A stretch of 63,319 nucleotides of DNA, filler included, from Bigelowiella natans CCMP2755 (GCA_000320545.1; 6 parts of 6 records of this genome joined end to end with filler, not necessarily neighbours in it), one strand, 5' to 3'. Shown: positions 39,898 to 53,661, numbered from the whole stretch's first letter. The notes: a model not told the origin generated them from the sequence alone. Numbers and translations are program-made.

Positions 39898-41080
39898 GAG
39901 GGGAGGGGGGCCAGCACATTTCTCTCTCAAAACTACCGCTTGTCTATATCACAATAATGTATTTACAGCTAAATCTCAGAGCTGAATCGCCGCCGCTCGC
40001 TCACCAAAATACACGCAAACACACATATAAACACACGCACGCGCGCGCGCAGACGTAGATGGAGAGCGACCTTCTCTAATTCGCTTGTTTTGCGCTGCTT
40101 GATCAGATCTGGATACCGAATGCCTCTCATCACCTCATCTACGCTCGTGCCCTTCTCATTGCAATGCTTTCGAAAACGTCTTGGACACCGGGTAGTTTCT
40201 GCCGATGTTCGGGGACGGGGGGGCGCAGAGAGGGAAGTAGAGAAATAGAGAAGAGAAGATTACTTGTGGATTCATTGCATCAAAGATATGTCTCTAGATC
40301 CACAGCGTATGCATAGGTGTATATTTGCGGGTGAATTTGGTCAATCACCGATAAGGTGCCCCCCCCCTGTCGGTTCGCACTTGATGCTCGATATCCGCCA
40401 CGTCATCGATGATTTCGCGATGCGAGAGACGATGGACGCCTGCACAAAGGTAATGCGGAATCAGCCGAAGCCGTCAGTATCAAAACAATAAATAGATGAG
40501 GAGAAAAGAAGGGGGGAGGGCTGGTATGCTACCCTGAACTTTGCAGGGGAGTTGATGGACACCGTTGCCAGCAGGAGGCTTTGGTATACGATACGTCGTC
40601 TTCACGGCCTTTCTCGCCCGTTTTGGTGGATGATGGTTTCTAGCTTCATTCGATCCTCGAGATTTAGCCCTGTGTAGAGGAACGGTGGGGGGGGGTGGGG
40701 GCATGGCCGCCGTGTTGTTTCGATCGTTGTCAAGGGTTTGGGGTCGTAACTTGATTCTAGTTGCATCTCCCACGCCCATTTTTACTCTCAGAGGGAAAAG
40801 TTATGAGAAAACAGCAGCAATTGACTCACGTTCTCTTTTGCGAGGAGGATGACTGGGACCTCCTTCGATTTGCTGGCATGGCTAGAATTCTTTTTGGCGT
40901 GTTGTAGAGCCTTCGCGGTCAGTTTATTCCGCTCCTTTCCCCCTCCTCGAACTAACAAGCTGAGGTTGTAAGACAGATGAATAAGATATATGCGATAGTT
41001 TTGAATATAGTATGGGCCTGCAAATTACAGTACCTATCCCTGAAATCTTGTATCTGTTGAACAGAGGATTACGGGAGGAC
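37207..41080 (-). CDS. Hypothetical multi-exon protein with a C-terminal coiled coil (5' end uncertain)
   Basis: GT-AG bounded exons: LNVKITEFRNEVAKAEREIIGQKT, EKKALAGKLDELRESYTRSVRNSESNRVKFQ, RVADSEKSLQGSKRRLRELKEEIREEQ, TSAELQALTRKHEHYITRSKDNIDIITKKTHKYEEEKAAIETE, ILKLAKEQLNGDEGGDSDKEEDNGC*. Confidence 0.6.
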
Positions 41081-42208
41081 GGGGGGACACACAAGGGTTC
41101 GGGCTTTGTAAATAATAAGATATAAGTTTTTCATTCTATATTGATAATTATCAATAATTCAGGATATCTTTTAATAATGAGTTCCATTTTTATCAAAATA
41201 GGATAGGAATGACATACCCCAATTCTATCATTCTTGTTTCGATAAACTTTGTCGGTCTCTTCTCCGAGCAAAAATTCATTTTACGACAGTGAGATCAGGT
41301 TGTCGCCTGTGTAAATAGTCTGAATTTCGACTTAAATTATACTTAAAATTCAAGATCGACTTTGAACTAAAGAGGTTAAGCAGTATTGGAGATTATTGAA
41401 ATATAAACTCTTCTGTAGATTACATATAGGACGTAAATAAATTGCTTTTAGAAATTTGCAATACCCGTATTAAAGTATTTAAGTCTTAATAGTGTATTCA
41501 GTGAATTAGGAATGATTTCTGGGTTTTGGTATTGTCGTAAGACAATAACCTCGGGATAAAGCGTGGCTGGAGTTTCTTTTTTATTGAGGTTTTTAGCATT
41601 ACGAATTAAATGCCTCTATTTTCGTTCATTTTGAACTAATGACCGCTGATTTACGAGAAAAAGGGAATCCCGATTAATTATGCTCCTCACAAAAAGAATT
41701 GTTGGAATGTCGTCGTCAGGTGCACTACTCGTTCGGAAGAACTCGTGATGAAAATCAATTCTTCCAAAAAAAGACTGCCTTTTTTGCATAGAATTAAGGC
41801 GAAATTCTTTGTCGCATTGAAATTTACGGCTTGGTTTCTGAAAGAGTTGGACGGGAGAAGCTTTCCCACCCCCATTCCTCATAGCTGACTTCTTCCAAAC
41901 CAGAGAGACCGGTATCACGCACCCGCTTCTTCTACGATGAAAATGGCTTCACATTTGTTTCTGGAATCATTCTACCGAAGATTCTTTCCATGTCTCCTTT
42001 CAAATTGGATGTTTCGTTAACTACCATGCGCCACAAAATGAGGAACAGCTTGAAAAGGGGCCAGACTATTCGAGGAAGATAATAATTTTTGGAACTTCTA
42101 AATTCACCCAATCTTATATATTCCCTTGATTTCTTCAACCCAAGTGCACTCCCGTAGCTACTATGTTCTAGCTATCCACACATAATAATTATTTTTTTCA
42201 ATAAAGGA

Positions 42209-42863
42209 ATGGAAGAGGACAAAGAACCAACTTTAAGAGAGTCATCTTTCTGTAGTTTCAATCGCATTGCCGGTGATAATACACGCATCACTCTCGTAAA
42301 TTTGCTGTGTGCGTATGCATGTTATGCTGTATCTAGCCCTCTGTGGAGGTATTCTTATCGTTGTGTTCTTCCTTTGCTTCCATCCTCCTCTACTGGCACC
42401 TTCTCCGCCATCACAGATAATGAAAAGGAGCTTGACAATCTATTGGGGAATCTAGACTTCACCGCTGGGAACAACACGCTGTTAGGCTCTTCCTCGTCGT
42501 CCCAGATATTCACTAGCCCCCCAGCTTCGCGGAGGATACGGATGGTCGTGAAGAAGTCCAGAAAGAAGAGGGGGGGTGGCAGTGCCACTAATACTCAAAG
42601 CAAAAGGTCCCATTTTAAGCGAACAAGGCATCACCGCCTGAATAGCCTCCATCGGCTGAGGGCCGAGAGCAATGAAGTTAGACACCTTCGGGATATCATT
42701 TCCAGGTGCTTGGACGATGATGATGATGATGACCTGTATTGTCGATGATGATCTCTCGTATGTGCTCTGGGGGTACATCCTTCCACGAGGGGCGGCAGAC
42801 TTCTTTCGAGAGCACAGCCTAGCGTATCATAGTGTGATTACGGATGCGACGATGATTGATAAG

Positions 42864-42899
<36 letters not shown>

Positions 42900-43083
42900 A
42901 AATACATGCTAATGACGACGACGATGATGATGATGATAATGTAGCTGCTAATTTTGGAAGCGTATTTTCTATTGAGAGGCTCTGGCGTTGGGCCAACTTT
43001 CTTTCGAGTTATGTCTCGAACTATGCAAGCGCGTTGAGTAGTTGCTATGCGTTCAAACCACCCTCAAACGAAGGCTGACGTAC

Positions 43084-43127
<44 letters not shown>

Positions 43128-43362
43128 TCTCCCTCAAACAAAACAAAAAAAACCTCAAAAATCAAAAAAGGTTTTCCCAGCTAGACACAAAGGATCGGAG
43201 GGACAGGCGAACAAGGAGGGGCAGGACGAAGAAGACAGCTCGGAGATCGCTTTCTATAGCTGCAGCTACTGGCACTAGTGCTCCTGAGGCTGCTAGTAGA
43301 GACGTGAACGACTTAGAGGCAACAACAGCAGCAGCAGCAGCTAGGTTTTTCACAACAACAAT

Positions 43363-43398
<36 letters not shown>

Positions 43399-43887
43399 GC
43401 GCGCGCGCACACACACACAACGTTGAGGAAATGCATACGCTGATACACAGCGCACTAGTTGAAGATGCATGGTTTGGGAGAAGCGCATGCTGCAGCAGTA
43501 GTCGTAGTTTCGTGTTTTCCCGTTTTTGCAGTCCTCCTAGACTACACGATGCGAATGATGCGCTGCTGATTCCCCAGTGATAGCCTTAATCCCACACCTG
43601 AGTCAATACCCTCCGCGAAAGCGAGCACGTCGTTCGTGCCCATTTCTGCTAGCAGCCGCCTCGCATCCTAACTATTGGCGTGTGCGTTTACCGTGACGAA
43701 TTGGGCTGATATAGTTTCTTCTTCCGCGATGGTGGTGATGATTGATGATTGGCGCAGGAACAACGCAAAGAAGGAAGAGGTCCAACGGTTAGTAATGGAG
43801 GAAATGGAGAGCGAGCTGGTTTTCATGCTTTCGACGCGCTGCTCGGTTACCACCCCACCGCCAAGATTCATGCCCTATATATGCTAG
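42209..43887 (+). CDS. Hypothetical basic, low-complexity protein
   Basis: Exon-like segments DNEKELDNLLGNLDF...RHLRDIISR, LDTKDRRDRRTRRGRTKK..., NAKKEEVQRLVMEEMESELVFMLSTRC...PYIC*. Splice path not fully resolved. Confidence 0.4.
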
Positions 43888-44049
43888 AAGAAGTAGAAAG
43901 AGGAAGAGGTGGGGCGGGGGGGAGATATCCACCGCACCAACCCTGCTGCCGCAACAGATAGGTGGGCTTTAGAGCGCACAGTTGAAAGGATACGAAGCAC
44001 CATTATATGCGGATCATATGATTTAGCGTCTAGGTAACATACGCTGTTT

Positions 44050-44940
44050 TGCAATGCCACACACCACGTACAATCTTGTGCAGTACTGAGTATGTAGCCA
44101 GCACACAACAAGCACGACTAGACGATGCACTAGCGCAGATAGAATGGGAGCGGTACGTCACATCCTAGCATGCATGTCTCCGCCATGGGATGATCTGCAC
44201 TAGTGCATGCCGCTTTCGCTATTATCATAATTATTACACACCAATGCGATGCTTAACAAAAGTGGCTAGATGGCGTGCACCCAGCTAGCGCCGCCAGCTG
44301 ACGAAACACACCAGCTAGCCAGCACGCGGCGCTGTGCTGGCTGTGGCTAGCTAGCTAGCTAGCGTAGCATGTACGTGCGACATGCTTTCCTCGACCTCTA
44401 GATGGACCTAGCTGTGTGGCTATGCTGGCATGGCTAGAGACATCCACGTGTACAGTGCGTGAAGTTAGCACAGCTAGACAGCCTGCATGCTCTCTCTAGC
44501 TTCTGCATGCTGGCATGTGGGCTTCACAAATTCGTCATCGATCAACGACATCGGCACCTCCATCTAGCCGTCGTGCTAGCACAGAGCCATGCCAGAGAGC
44601 ACTAGAGCATGCACATGCCAGCATGATCAAACTCATTGATCTGCATTTGTGCTTGCTTGCACGATGCTTGCTAGCCATGGCTAGCTCACTGCTAGACTGC
44701 GGTGCACCACGCCATGCATTGATGTCCATTCGCATGAGCATGGCAGACATGCGCTAGCAGCATGCCCCGCAGTGACCGTCGATCATTGTGAAGACGCCCA
44801 AGTTCTAGAAGTTGTCGATGGAACGTGTCTAAAAATTCAACTGCACTGGTTCACGCAAGCATGCGCGCGCGCGCACACGCCCACACACACCTAGACACAC
44901 ACACACACACACACACACATCTAGACACGCAATCTAGCAA
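44050..44940. other. Strongest CTAG/CATG-rich, TpA-skewed block, between putative convergent 3' ends
   Basis: Hand count of 44281-44760: about 23 TpA, of which about 18 are CTAG and none ATAT/TTAA/ATAA. CpG is frequent. Confidence 0.75.
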
Positions 44941-45071
44941 CAACAGTGACAAGCAACCCTGCTGCCGCATCCCAGATCTGTTGTTCGCATCTTAAAAACT
45001 CCTCATGCCTTGCAAAGCTCCATTCACACCTATTGCTACCATCCCGCTATTTGATCCTTGGAACAATATCT

Positions 45072-45454
45072 TCAAGGAGCAGCAGCGAACAACCCTCGGC
45101 CGACTGGCGGCACGTAATCAATGCCCATCAGCCTAACAATCGGCAGGGAAAATAAGAAGAAAAACACTCTATTTCGATCGAACAACAAACTAAGTAATGG
45201 CGCACATATAACGCGCGCAGTATCGCATTGCAACGTCAGCCACGGTGAGGATGTTAATCATGCATTGTCGTTCTACCGAAGAGCCTTCTTGCTGTTGGGT
45301 TTTAGAAGATATGTATACTCGTGCGTGCGTGCGTGTTTGATATGGCTACGTGCTATAAGTTGTCCAATAAAATCGCTGCATGGAGGGAAGGATACGGTTA
45401 CTTACTCGTTGCATTCGAAGCTGATTTCTCGCGATTTACTGCCTTTCGCCGCCG

Positions 45455-45496
<42 letters not shown>

Positions 45497-45735
45497 CGCG
45501 TGTGTGTGTGAGTAAATGTGTGTGTGTGTGAGTAAATGTGTGTGTGTGTGTGTGTGTGTGTAAAGTTTAATGCGGATTTCCAGTAAAGAAATGCTCTCCC
45601 AACAGCGAAGAGCGCGTGTCAATTATGTTCCGACGGCGTGCAGGTGCAAGCAAATCGTTCGATCATCGCGCAAACGCACCACGCATCGTCGGGCCAGCCC
45701 GCAGAACCCAGGGTCCTTCATATCACAACGCAAAG

Positions 45736-45804
<69 letters not shown>

Positions 45805-45917
45805 ATATCAGCTTATGGGATAAAGGGTAAGATGAAGAAAAGAAGGAGGACGACTTGGATAAGCATTATTTCACCTCCATTCAAAGAAGCAACATGGCTT
45901 GTTAGTGCGGGCGCGCA

Positions 45918-45962
<45 letters not shown>

Positions 45963-46077
45963 GTGTGTGTGTGTGTGTATCATTCCACGCGAAAATAATC
46001 CCCGCACCAATTCTTTGGTGATATCATCCGAAAACATGTTCCTGACACACACAATCAAGGCATGAACTTACTACGAC

Positions 46078-46119
<42 letters not shown>

Positions 46120-46809
46120 CTACGATTCTGCTATAACTTTACGATTTTGCACGCTGCAGCAGCACGGCGCTGAGGATTGTGAAAAGCAAGCGTTTTTCGC
46201 TGAGTGCAACTAGCGTTTAAGGCGAGGACGCAGCGGTCCGATCGATGACCTTTTGGGGTCGCACTCGCTGCTATTTTCCAGTAAGAAAGGCTTGCATAAG
46301 GAGGGGCATTTCGCCACTGGAGACTTTCGTCCGTCTAAAGATGAAAAAACCCCCGCAAAACGCAGGGAAAATGAGGCGGAGTGGCCGGTGATGCTTTGTG
46401 TGTTACAATTATGCGCTTTCTGTATGCGCGTGTGTGTACATGATGTTCCTGATGTTAGCGAGACGATGCGTGTATTCGCGGCTGCATTAATGCGGCGTCA
46501 GTGCTAATGTCTCTCTCATATCATCGTCGTTATCGTCGTCATCGGTATCATCATCAATTATCATCATCATCTTCATCCTCGCCTACATCTCCTGACCTCG
46601 CCTACTTTCCAAGATCAAAGCGGAGCGGATAAGCTCTGCGGGGTACTTGCAGTAGCCTATAATGCCCAACATAACGACAACGAACGATGATGATGACGAT
46701 GACGATGATGACGATTTCACAATGATGATGAATTCATAATGATCACATTAAAAAAAACTGTTTTAACACAAACCCATATGGCACAATTCTATGCGAATAA
46801 AGCGTAACT

Positions 46810-46848
<39 letters not shown>

Positions 46849-47327
46849 CATTCCACAGTCGATGCTTGGTTGTTACGGCAAAATATACTCGGCCGCAGCA
46901 CTGCCGGCATGCCGTCAACCCCAAAACAATGCTTTCTTATACACATTGTTTTTGGAATGATGATACGAAACAAGAAATCACCCGATATTCATCGTTCATT
47001 CATCGATCTCACAAACATGTGTTTCTACGAGAACACAACGCATTCGATATAGCTGCCAACATCGTTTATTCTCACACGCGCGCACGTACAAACACACACA
47101 GAGACACACACACAGAGACACACACACATTCCTGACCCCCCCCCCCCCCCTCCCTTCAAGTCAGGAGGGAGGAGAAGAACAAAAATTGAATAAATTTCGC
47201 ATTCCAAATGACATGTTATCACCCTCGGGTTTGAGAATGCAGTAGCTTAAGTCTTTCTGAGCGTATTTTACACCATTGATCTCCAAATTGCGCTTCATCA
47301 GCCACTCAGATATCCATCTTCCAGATC

Positions 47328-47373
<46 letters not shown>

Positions 47374-47546
47374 CCCTCTCTATTATCACCATCATTCCAA
47401 AGCATCAATCAACCGATGTGGAACTCTCTTCTTCTTCTTCTTCTTCTTCAAAAGGCGGTGGGTGTCGTTATCTACCGTGTCCTCGCAGCGTCACTCTCCA
47501 CCAGGATGTTTTGAAACCTTGCATATCAATCATTAAATGCGATATC

Positions 47547-47584
<38 letters not shown>

Positions 47585-47655
47585 CATCGCGAAAGAAAAA
47601 ACAGACACACACTCACACTCACACTCACACTCACGCACACAAACTCTCTCTCTCG

Positions 47656-47713
<58 letters not shown>

Positions 47714-47863
47714 GTTGCACATCGACGTCAAACGCATAGCGCCCTCCAACCAGAAATCGGTCGTTTGCTCCCCTGCTCCCTGCAAAGAGTATAGAGGCGA
47801 GAACAAGCGCCCAAATCCGTTTCAACTCAGTATACATTGAATCTAATCAACTTATATCATATG

Positions 47864-47917
<54 letters not shown>

Positions 47918-48440
47918 TTATGTACGTGTGTGTGTGTGTGTGTGCGTGTGTATAAACGAGAACTACTGCACCCACAATGCGTACACAGCGCATGCGCTTC
48001 GTTTTTCACGGCTGCGCAACTGCTCGCAAATACGATGCTTTGCAACGCCACGAGGCGGTGCGCCGGCATCACGCGCGAGGAGTGTGAGATGTACTACACC
48101 ACGACAAAACGCGCGCCAGAAGCAAACCTGGAGCGCCCCACTCCTCTCCGGTTGGTATTATCGCCGTCTGAACGCAGCGTCATTTATCGCGTCGATGCGT
48201 GTAAGGTACAAGGTCCAAAACAAAATTGGATGCGCTCGCTCGCGCGTTGTGTGTGCGTGCGAGCGAGAGTAAATGAGAGAGAGGGAGAGAGAGAGAGGGG
48301 CGGGGGGGGGGAGGGAGAGAGGGTACTAACGTGATTGTTGATTCCATCAAGGAAATCAGTAGGAACGGGCTCAAAGAGTAGTGTGTCAGCTCCCCATAAT
48401 GATACTTCTCCGCCCACCCACCCGCGATATATCCACAAAT

Positions 48441-48488
<48 letters not shown>

Positions 48489-48622
48489 ATATATAATATG
48501 CGTGATATCGCTGATGGTAGTTGTACACCGCACAGATTCAAATAAGGGAGAACAAGCCCTGACCTGACTCGCGCTTTGATGTCGTATACGACTTCATTTT
48601 CCTATCGGAGAAGATAACCACC

Positions 48623-48661
<39 letters not shown>

Positions 48662-48867
48662 GTAAAAATATATAGCCCTCGCCGCGCGCGTGCGTTGTGT
48701 TTGTATGGAGAAGGATGAGGAGGAGGAGGGGGGGGGCAGGGGAAGGAAGAAGGTAATTAAAAGGTGTGAGAAGAAACCTTCTCGTATTTCTCAATGAGCT
48801 TGCTGCATCTGGGGAATATGGCAAACACACAACAACTCTATAATCTACCTTATCAATATATGCATAC

Positions 48868-48902
<35 letters not shown>

Positions 48903-49186
48903 TATTTATATTGTATACTATTAGACGAGCTGCTGATTGTTCTAGATTATGAGGTGCGAGATCACAAGAACTTCATTCTCCAATCGGAGCATTCTCCGAT
49001 GCCTCCCGCCACCACTGCGACTGACCCGTAGATGTTCACTAGCATCCCTGCGAGACGATTAAGCCATTCCTCCTTGTGTTCATCTTCGTTATCACAAAAA
49101 AAATATTTCATCAATGCTCATTCTTTTTGCTCGAATGCGTGCGTATTGAGACTTGAAGTGGGTATGCGTGCTTGTATATATGTGTA

Positions 49187-49248
<62 letters not shown>

Positions 49249-49647
49249 GATAATCACGGGTTGTATAATCCAAACGGTACTACTTGTGTAGTAAAGACTC
49301 TTTTTCAGCCCGTCTGACCTGTCAGCAGAAGTGCATTGAATTAGGATTTGAGTAGATTTTGTCATGAATATTATTATATTATAATATTGCGACTGTATGA
49401 TTTTCGCGCGGTTTTAGTATATCAGCAGCGAAGGTCCGAGAATACACGCCTCTCACATTAAGAAACGACTAATCGATGGCTAATCGGATAGCTGCGCGAA
49501 GAAGGAAACAAGACTCTGGAGATCTCCGTTTGCCCCCTCCCCCCGTCCCCCTTTCTCTCTTTTTTGAATGTTCATTTAAGTATTAAAGTATATTCTCGTA
49601 ATAGCGTATTCTGTACATCTGATATAAATATATTGATTTCGATTTTG

Positions 49648-49690
<43 letters not shown>

Positions 49691-49775
49691 AAAAAAATGA
49701 ACTCACTTGAGCAGCATGGCCAAGGTGTTTTGAAGATGGTGAGAGAAGATCTCTTCATCAGTACCAATCTGGTTA
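45072..49775 (-). CDS. Series of small minus-strand exons; possibly the 3' part of the TraB-family gene or a separate hypothetical gene
   Basis: Short GT-AG bounded non-repetitive islands between microsatellite-rich introns (e.g. ENEVVYDIKARV, GAGEQTTDFWLEGAMRLTSMCN, NMFSDDITKELVRGLFS, LMGIDYVPPVGRGLFAAAP*). Frames not verified end to end. Confidence 0.35.
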
Positions 49776-49839
49776 AGAATATCCAGGCCGCATATATCAT
49801 AGAAAATATTATATATATTAATATATATATATATATATA

Positions 49840-49883
<44 letters not shown>

Positions 49884-50166
49884 TATATAAATATATAAAT
49901 TTATATGTAGCACACATACAACACACACAACACACACACACACGTGCTTCTTTGCTGCATACTCGTGAATATGACCTTTGTTAATTTGACGTTATCCCCC
50001 AGCATTGCTGTTTATAGCATACATGGTGATGATGACCATGATGACGATGATGGCGATGATGACGATGATGACGACGATGATGATGATTGTGGGGATCAAA
50101 AGGCTTTTTATAATGCACAATCTACGAGCCTAACAAATGGACGCTTCGCACATACACACACAAACA

Positions 50167-50237
<71 letters not shown>

Positions 50238-50337
50238 NNNNNNNNNNNNNNNNNNNNNNNNNNNNNNNNNNNNNNNNNNNNTTAATTAATTAANNNNNNN
50301 NNNNNNNNNNNNNNNNNNNNNNNNNNNNNNNNNNNNN
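50238..50337. other. Assembly gap with artificial linker
   Basis: N-TTAATTAATTAA-N. Confidence 0.97.
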
Positions 50338-50686
50338 CCCAGGCCCGTCCAAGCTGAGTAAAAAAGTAAAAGATGATGATTAACGACGACATGGTAGCTC
50401 AGAGCGAGGTAGTAGTAGAAGTAGTAGCAGTAGTGCTGAGAACGCTGTTGCTTTCGTTGTCGTTCTTGTTGTTACCATATCATCGTTATCACAAGGAGTC
50501 ATCATCGTCATCATCGTCATCATCATCATCATCATCATCATCATCTGCTCGGACTATGTTAGGTTGTGTACTCCTTCTCCTTCTAATTATCATCATTTCT
50601 CTCATCATCACCGTCACAGACACCGGGCGGTCAATGAGGCAAACTTCTGCTCCGATTCTGCAACAGCATATTCATTCAAACATGCA

Positions 50687-50762
<76 letters not shown>

Positions 50763-51261
50763 CATCACATTTGTTCTTGTAAACGTATTTTTTTAAAATA
50801 TTTTTTCCGGAAAACGATCGTCCACCTCCACATGCAGCACGATCATCAAAGGCCCAACATTATGGGAAGGGGGGGGGGGATTTTGGAACAAATGTATATT
50901 AGAAAAACCCACTTCTCCGCCTCGACGCGCGCTTGAAAGAACTCCGCTCCTGGAACAATCCCCAACTTATCTGCAACACTGAGAGGAGGGAGAGAGAGAA
51001 AGAGAGAGAGAGAAAGAAAGAGATGAAATAAAGGAAATAGTATGAAGACAACACAAGCTACAAAATAGTCGTAAAATGCATGAAATCTTACAAAGAGCTC
51101 AGCACGTCGTTCACAACAAAACTCCAATGCACTTTCGAAATGCTACAGTACCGCCACCACGGGACTATACAAGCCCCCCCCTGCTCTACTCATTGTCTTC
51201 GAAACATACCTGGAGGAAAGGTACCCGTACACCACGTCGAATGCTCTCTCCCCTTGACGTT

Positions 51262-51303
<42 letters not shown>

Positions 51304-52164
51304 GGGGAAGGGGTGGGGTGGGAATTGGTGAGAATTGGATTCGCTCAGAATCACAACAAACACCCATGAATCTACTCTTAACGATTTTAAAAGTAAAATG
51401 AAATAAAACCGTCCCCCCCCCCCTCCCTAGCTCACCATTGAGAATTCTCTGAGTGCACTCGCTGAGGGTCCTGACCTTGAGAGCCTAGATGACGAGGCAT
51501 GACACAGTCGTAGATCAGCTAAAATCCGCTCGTATTCGGTGTGTTACTGCGAAGAAGCAAGCGTGGGGGAAGATGTGTGTTGAATGGAAGAAAAGGAGCG
51601 CTTTGAATGATAAAGACAACAGTGATGATGGCAACCTGATGATAGAGCATCGACCACCTTTGGTTGCATATCTCCACCATCACACCCAAAGGCCTGGGCT
51701 GCAAGGATGATATCAGCTCTTTCACCTGTGTTTTCATCACCGAGGAGACATGAGACGAGGGTAGCATATAGCTAAGACGATAATGGCGACGTGTCGCGAC
51801 GATGAAGATCGTGTACACGCGACGATGAAGATGATGTACACGCGACGATGAAGATGGTGTACACGCGACGTTGTCTATGACACCGATACTATTGTAATTG
51901 ATGATAGAGAGTTTTAATGTTTTAGGAAGAAGTGGGGCGGCATGGGAAACCCAATAGAAGCTCCCGTGCATTTCAGTCGCAATGGCTTCGGCGACCCGAA
52001 CTCCTCGCCCCCCTCCCATCTATACTCCTCCGCTTCGCCAGACAAACCTCTTCACAGGATTCTTTGGAGATGTGGGCGGTACCAATTAGGTGGATATCGA
52101 AGCCATGGCCTTTGAGAACACGATGGGTGGCGGAAACTTCCTCTACGCTGCCGACGGCGGCCAT
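50338..52164 (-). CDS. TraB/PrgY/GumN family (TRABD-like) protein, 5' part
   Basis: Exons: MAAVGS...DIHLIGTAHISKESCEE|VKELISSLQPRPLGVMVEICNQR...VADKLGIVPGAEFFQARVEAEK|IGAEVCLIDRPVSVT|LGRAW, matching the TraB motifs GTAH, VE(L/I)C..R, PG.EF and DRP..T. Confidence 0.85.
51795..51870. repeat. Intronic 23-bp minisatellite (CGCGACGATGAAGATnnTGTACA x3.3)
   Basis: Units start at 51795, 51818, 51841 and 51864, head to tail with no spacers. Confidence 0.9.
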
Positions 52165-53294
52165 TCGTGCGGGTTAGACCTGTTCCCAAATAAGCGAATA
52201 AACTAGATTAATTGACCCAAAAAACGTTGTCGCATCGTAATTTACGCCTATTTTCTTCCCACGTTTTCACCCAGAGCAGCGGTAGAGCGAGATGCGAGTG
52301 AAATATAAATGGCCTGCAATTTTTACTGCGGATGCTTCCAAATGGCAAAAACCACGAAGAATTGCCCTTGGATCATCCGCCTGATTTTGTCAGATGCCCA
52401 TGTCGAACTCAGCCCACCAGCTGCTCCTTCCGAAATGATAGGAATGAATAAATTGGGGCGGGGGGATGCATTTGAGCTATTTGTGCATTTGGAATTTCGT
52501 CTCTAAGTTATGCTTGAGCATTAACAAACCGAAGGGCAATTGGCTAGATGAGGTCTTTACATTCCAAGGGTTGGTCGAAGGAGCAACAAAAGTTTGGCGT
52601 GTCAGAGGCGGCTAAATGGGTGCGCCATGTTAACTCATGTTTCACATGTAACGCAGATGCAATCGCTTTACTTGTAGCCTAAAAAATAGTGTCAATGCAA
52701 ATGTTTTGCTATAAATTGTTGTTATGTAGCTCATTGGCTGCCTCACAAAAAGTTCAGCATTCGGCGTCATCGCATCGAGCTAGCGGTGCATCGCATGTGC
52801 TGTTACGAACGTAAATGATTCGGGCGCCAAGCATACAGCATACGGCATTATTTACGCTACTGTTGTTTGAATTTACATTTATTAATTCTTGCACATCCAT
52901 GCTGCGCAAAATTGTTCGCACATATGCAAGGAATGCATGAAGAACACAGAGCTGCAGCAAACCGACTTTGAGACTGCGTTATGTGTATATATCTGTATAT
53001 GTACACACACGCAAAGCGCAGGAGCTTACTTTATACAGTCACTATCATCCCCTGGAACATTGCGTACACCTAGCATGCTTGCACGGCTTCGTGGTGCGCG
53101 TCGTCACACAATGCAATCGTGCATTGCAATTCGACGAATTTTATTAAAGCAAGAGATCCATAGATGTGAGATCGCAAATTGCATCTTGAATGATCAGAAC
53201 GCTTTAGAATCTACAGCATTGTTTTCATAGCATATGAAGCATATTGTCCACAGATGCTGGGGTTAAAGCTCGCCGTATGACGTGAGCCCGGTAG

Positions 53295-53609
53295 CTAAGC
53301 GCCAAGCTCCGAAAGCACGTTGGTGACATAACGGATAAACCATTTGACGTGTGGGAGGGAGCGGTTATGTGTGCAAGCTCCAAGTTCATCTTTCCGAGTG
53401 CTCATCCATTCTGCCTTCGCCCCTTGCCATTGGTACCTGTAGAGGCGGTATATAAATGAATATTTCTAAATGAAGACATGACATGGACTTCTTCAAGTTG
53501 CTGAAAAGTCTAATGCCTCGAGACAGCAGTTGGACGTCGTTAACCAAAGCATGACTGCATTTATGAAGAACAAGAAACATTACCACGAGAGATCCCCTAG
53601 CTTACTCGT

Positions 53610-53661
<52 letters not shown>

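Noticed and set aside
44281-44760. CpG-methylation decay or fungal-type RIP as the cause of the CATG/TGCA-rich blocks
   Set aside because: CpG remains frequent and TpA is depleted outside CTAG, whereas RIP would increase TpA generally. Non-CpG methylation (CCAG/CTGG->CTAG) is not excluded as a contributor.
51795-51870. 23-bp direct repeats resembling a mini CRISPR array
   Set aside because: Head-to-tail units with no unique spacers, inside a eukaryotic intron, with no cas genes.
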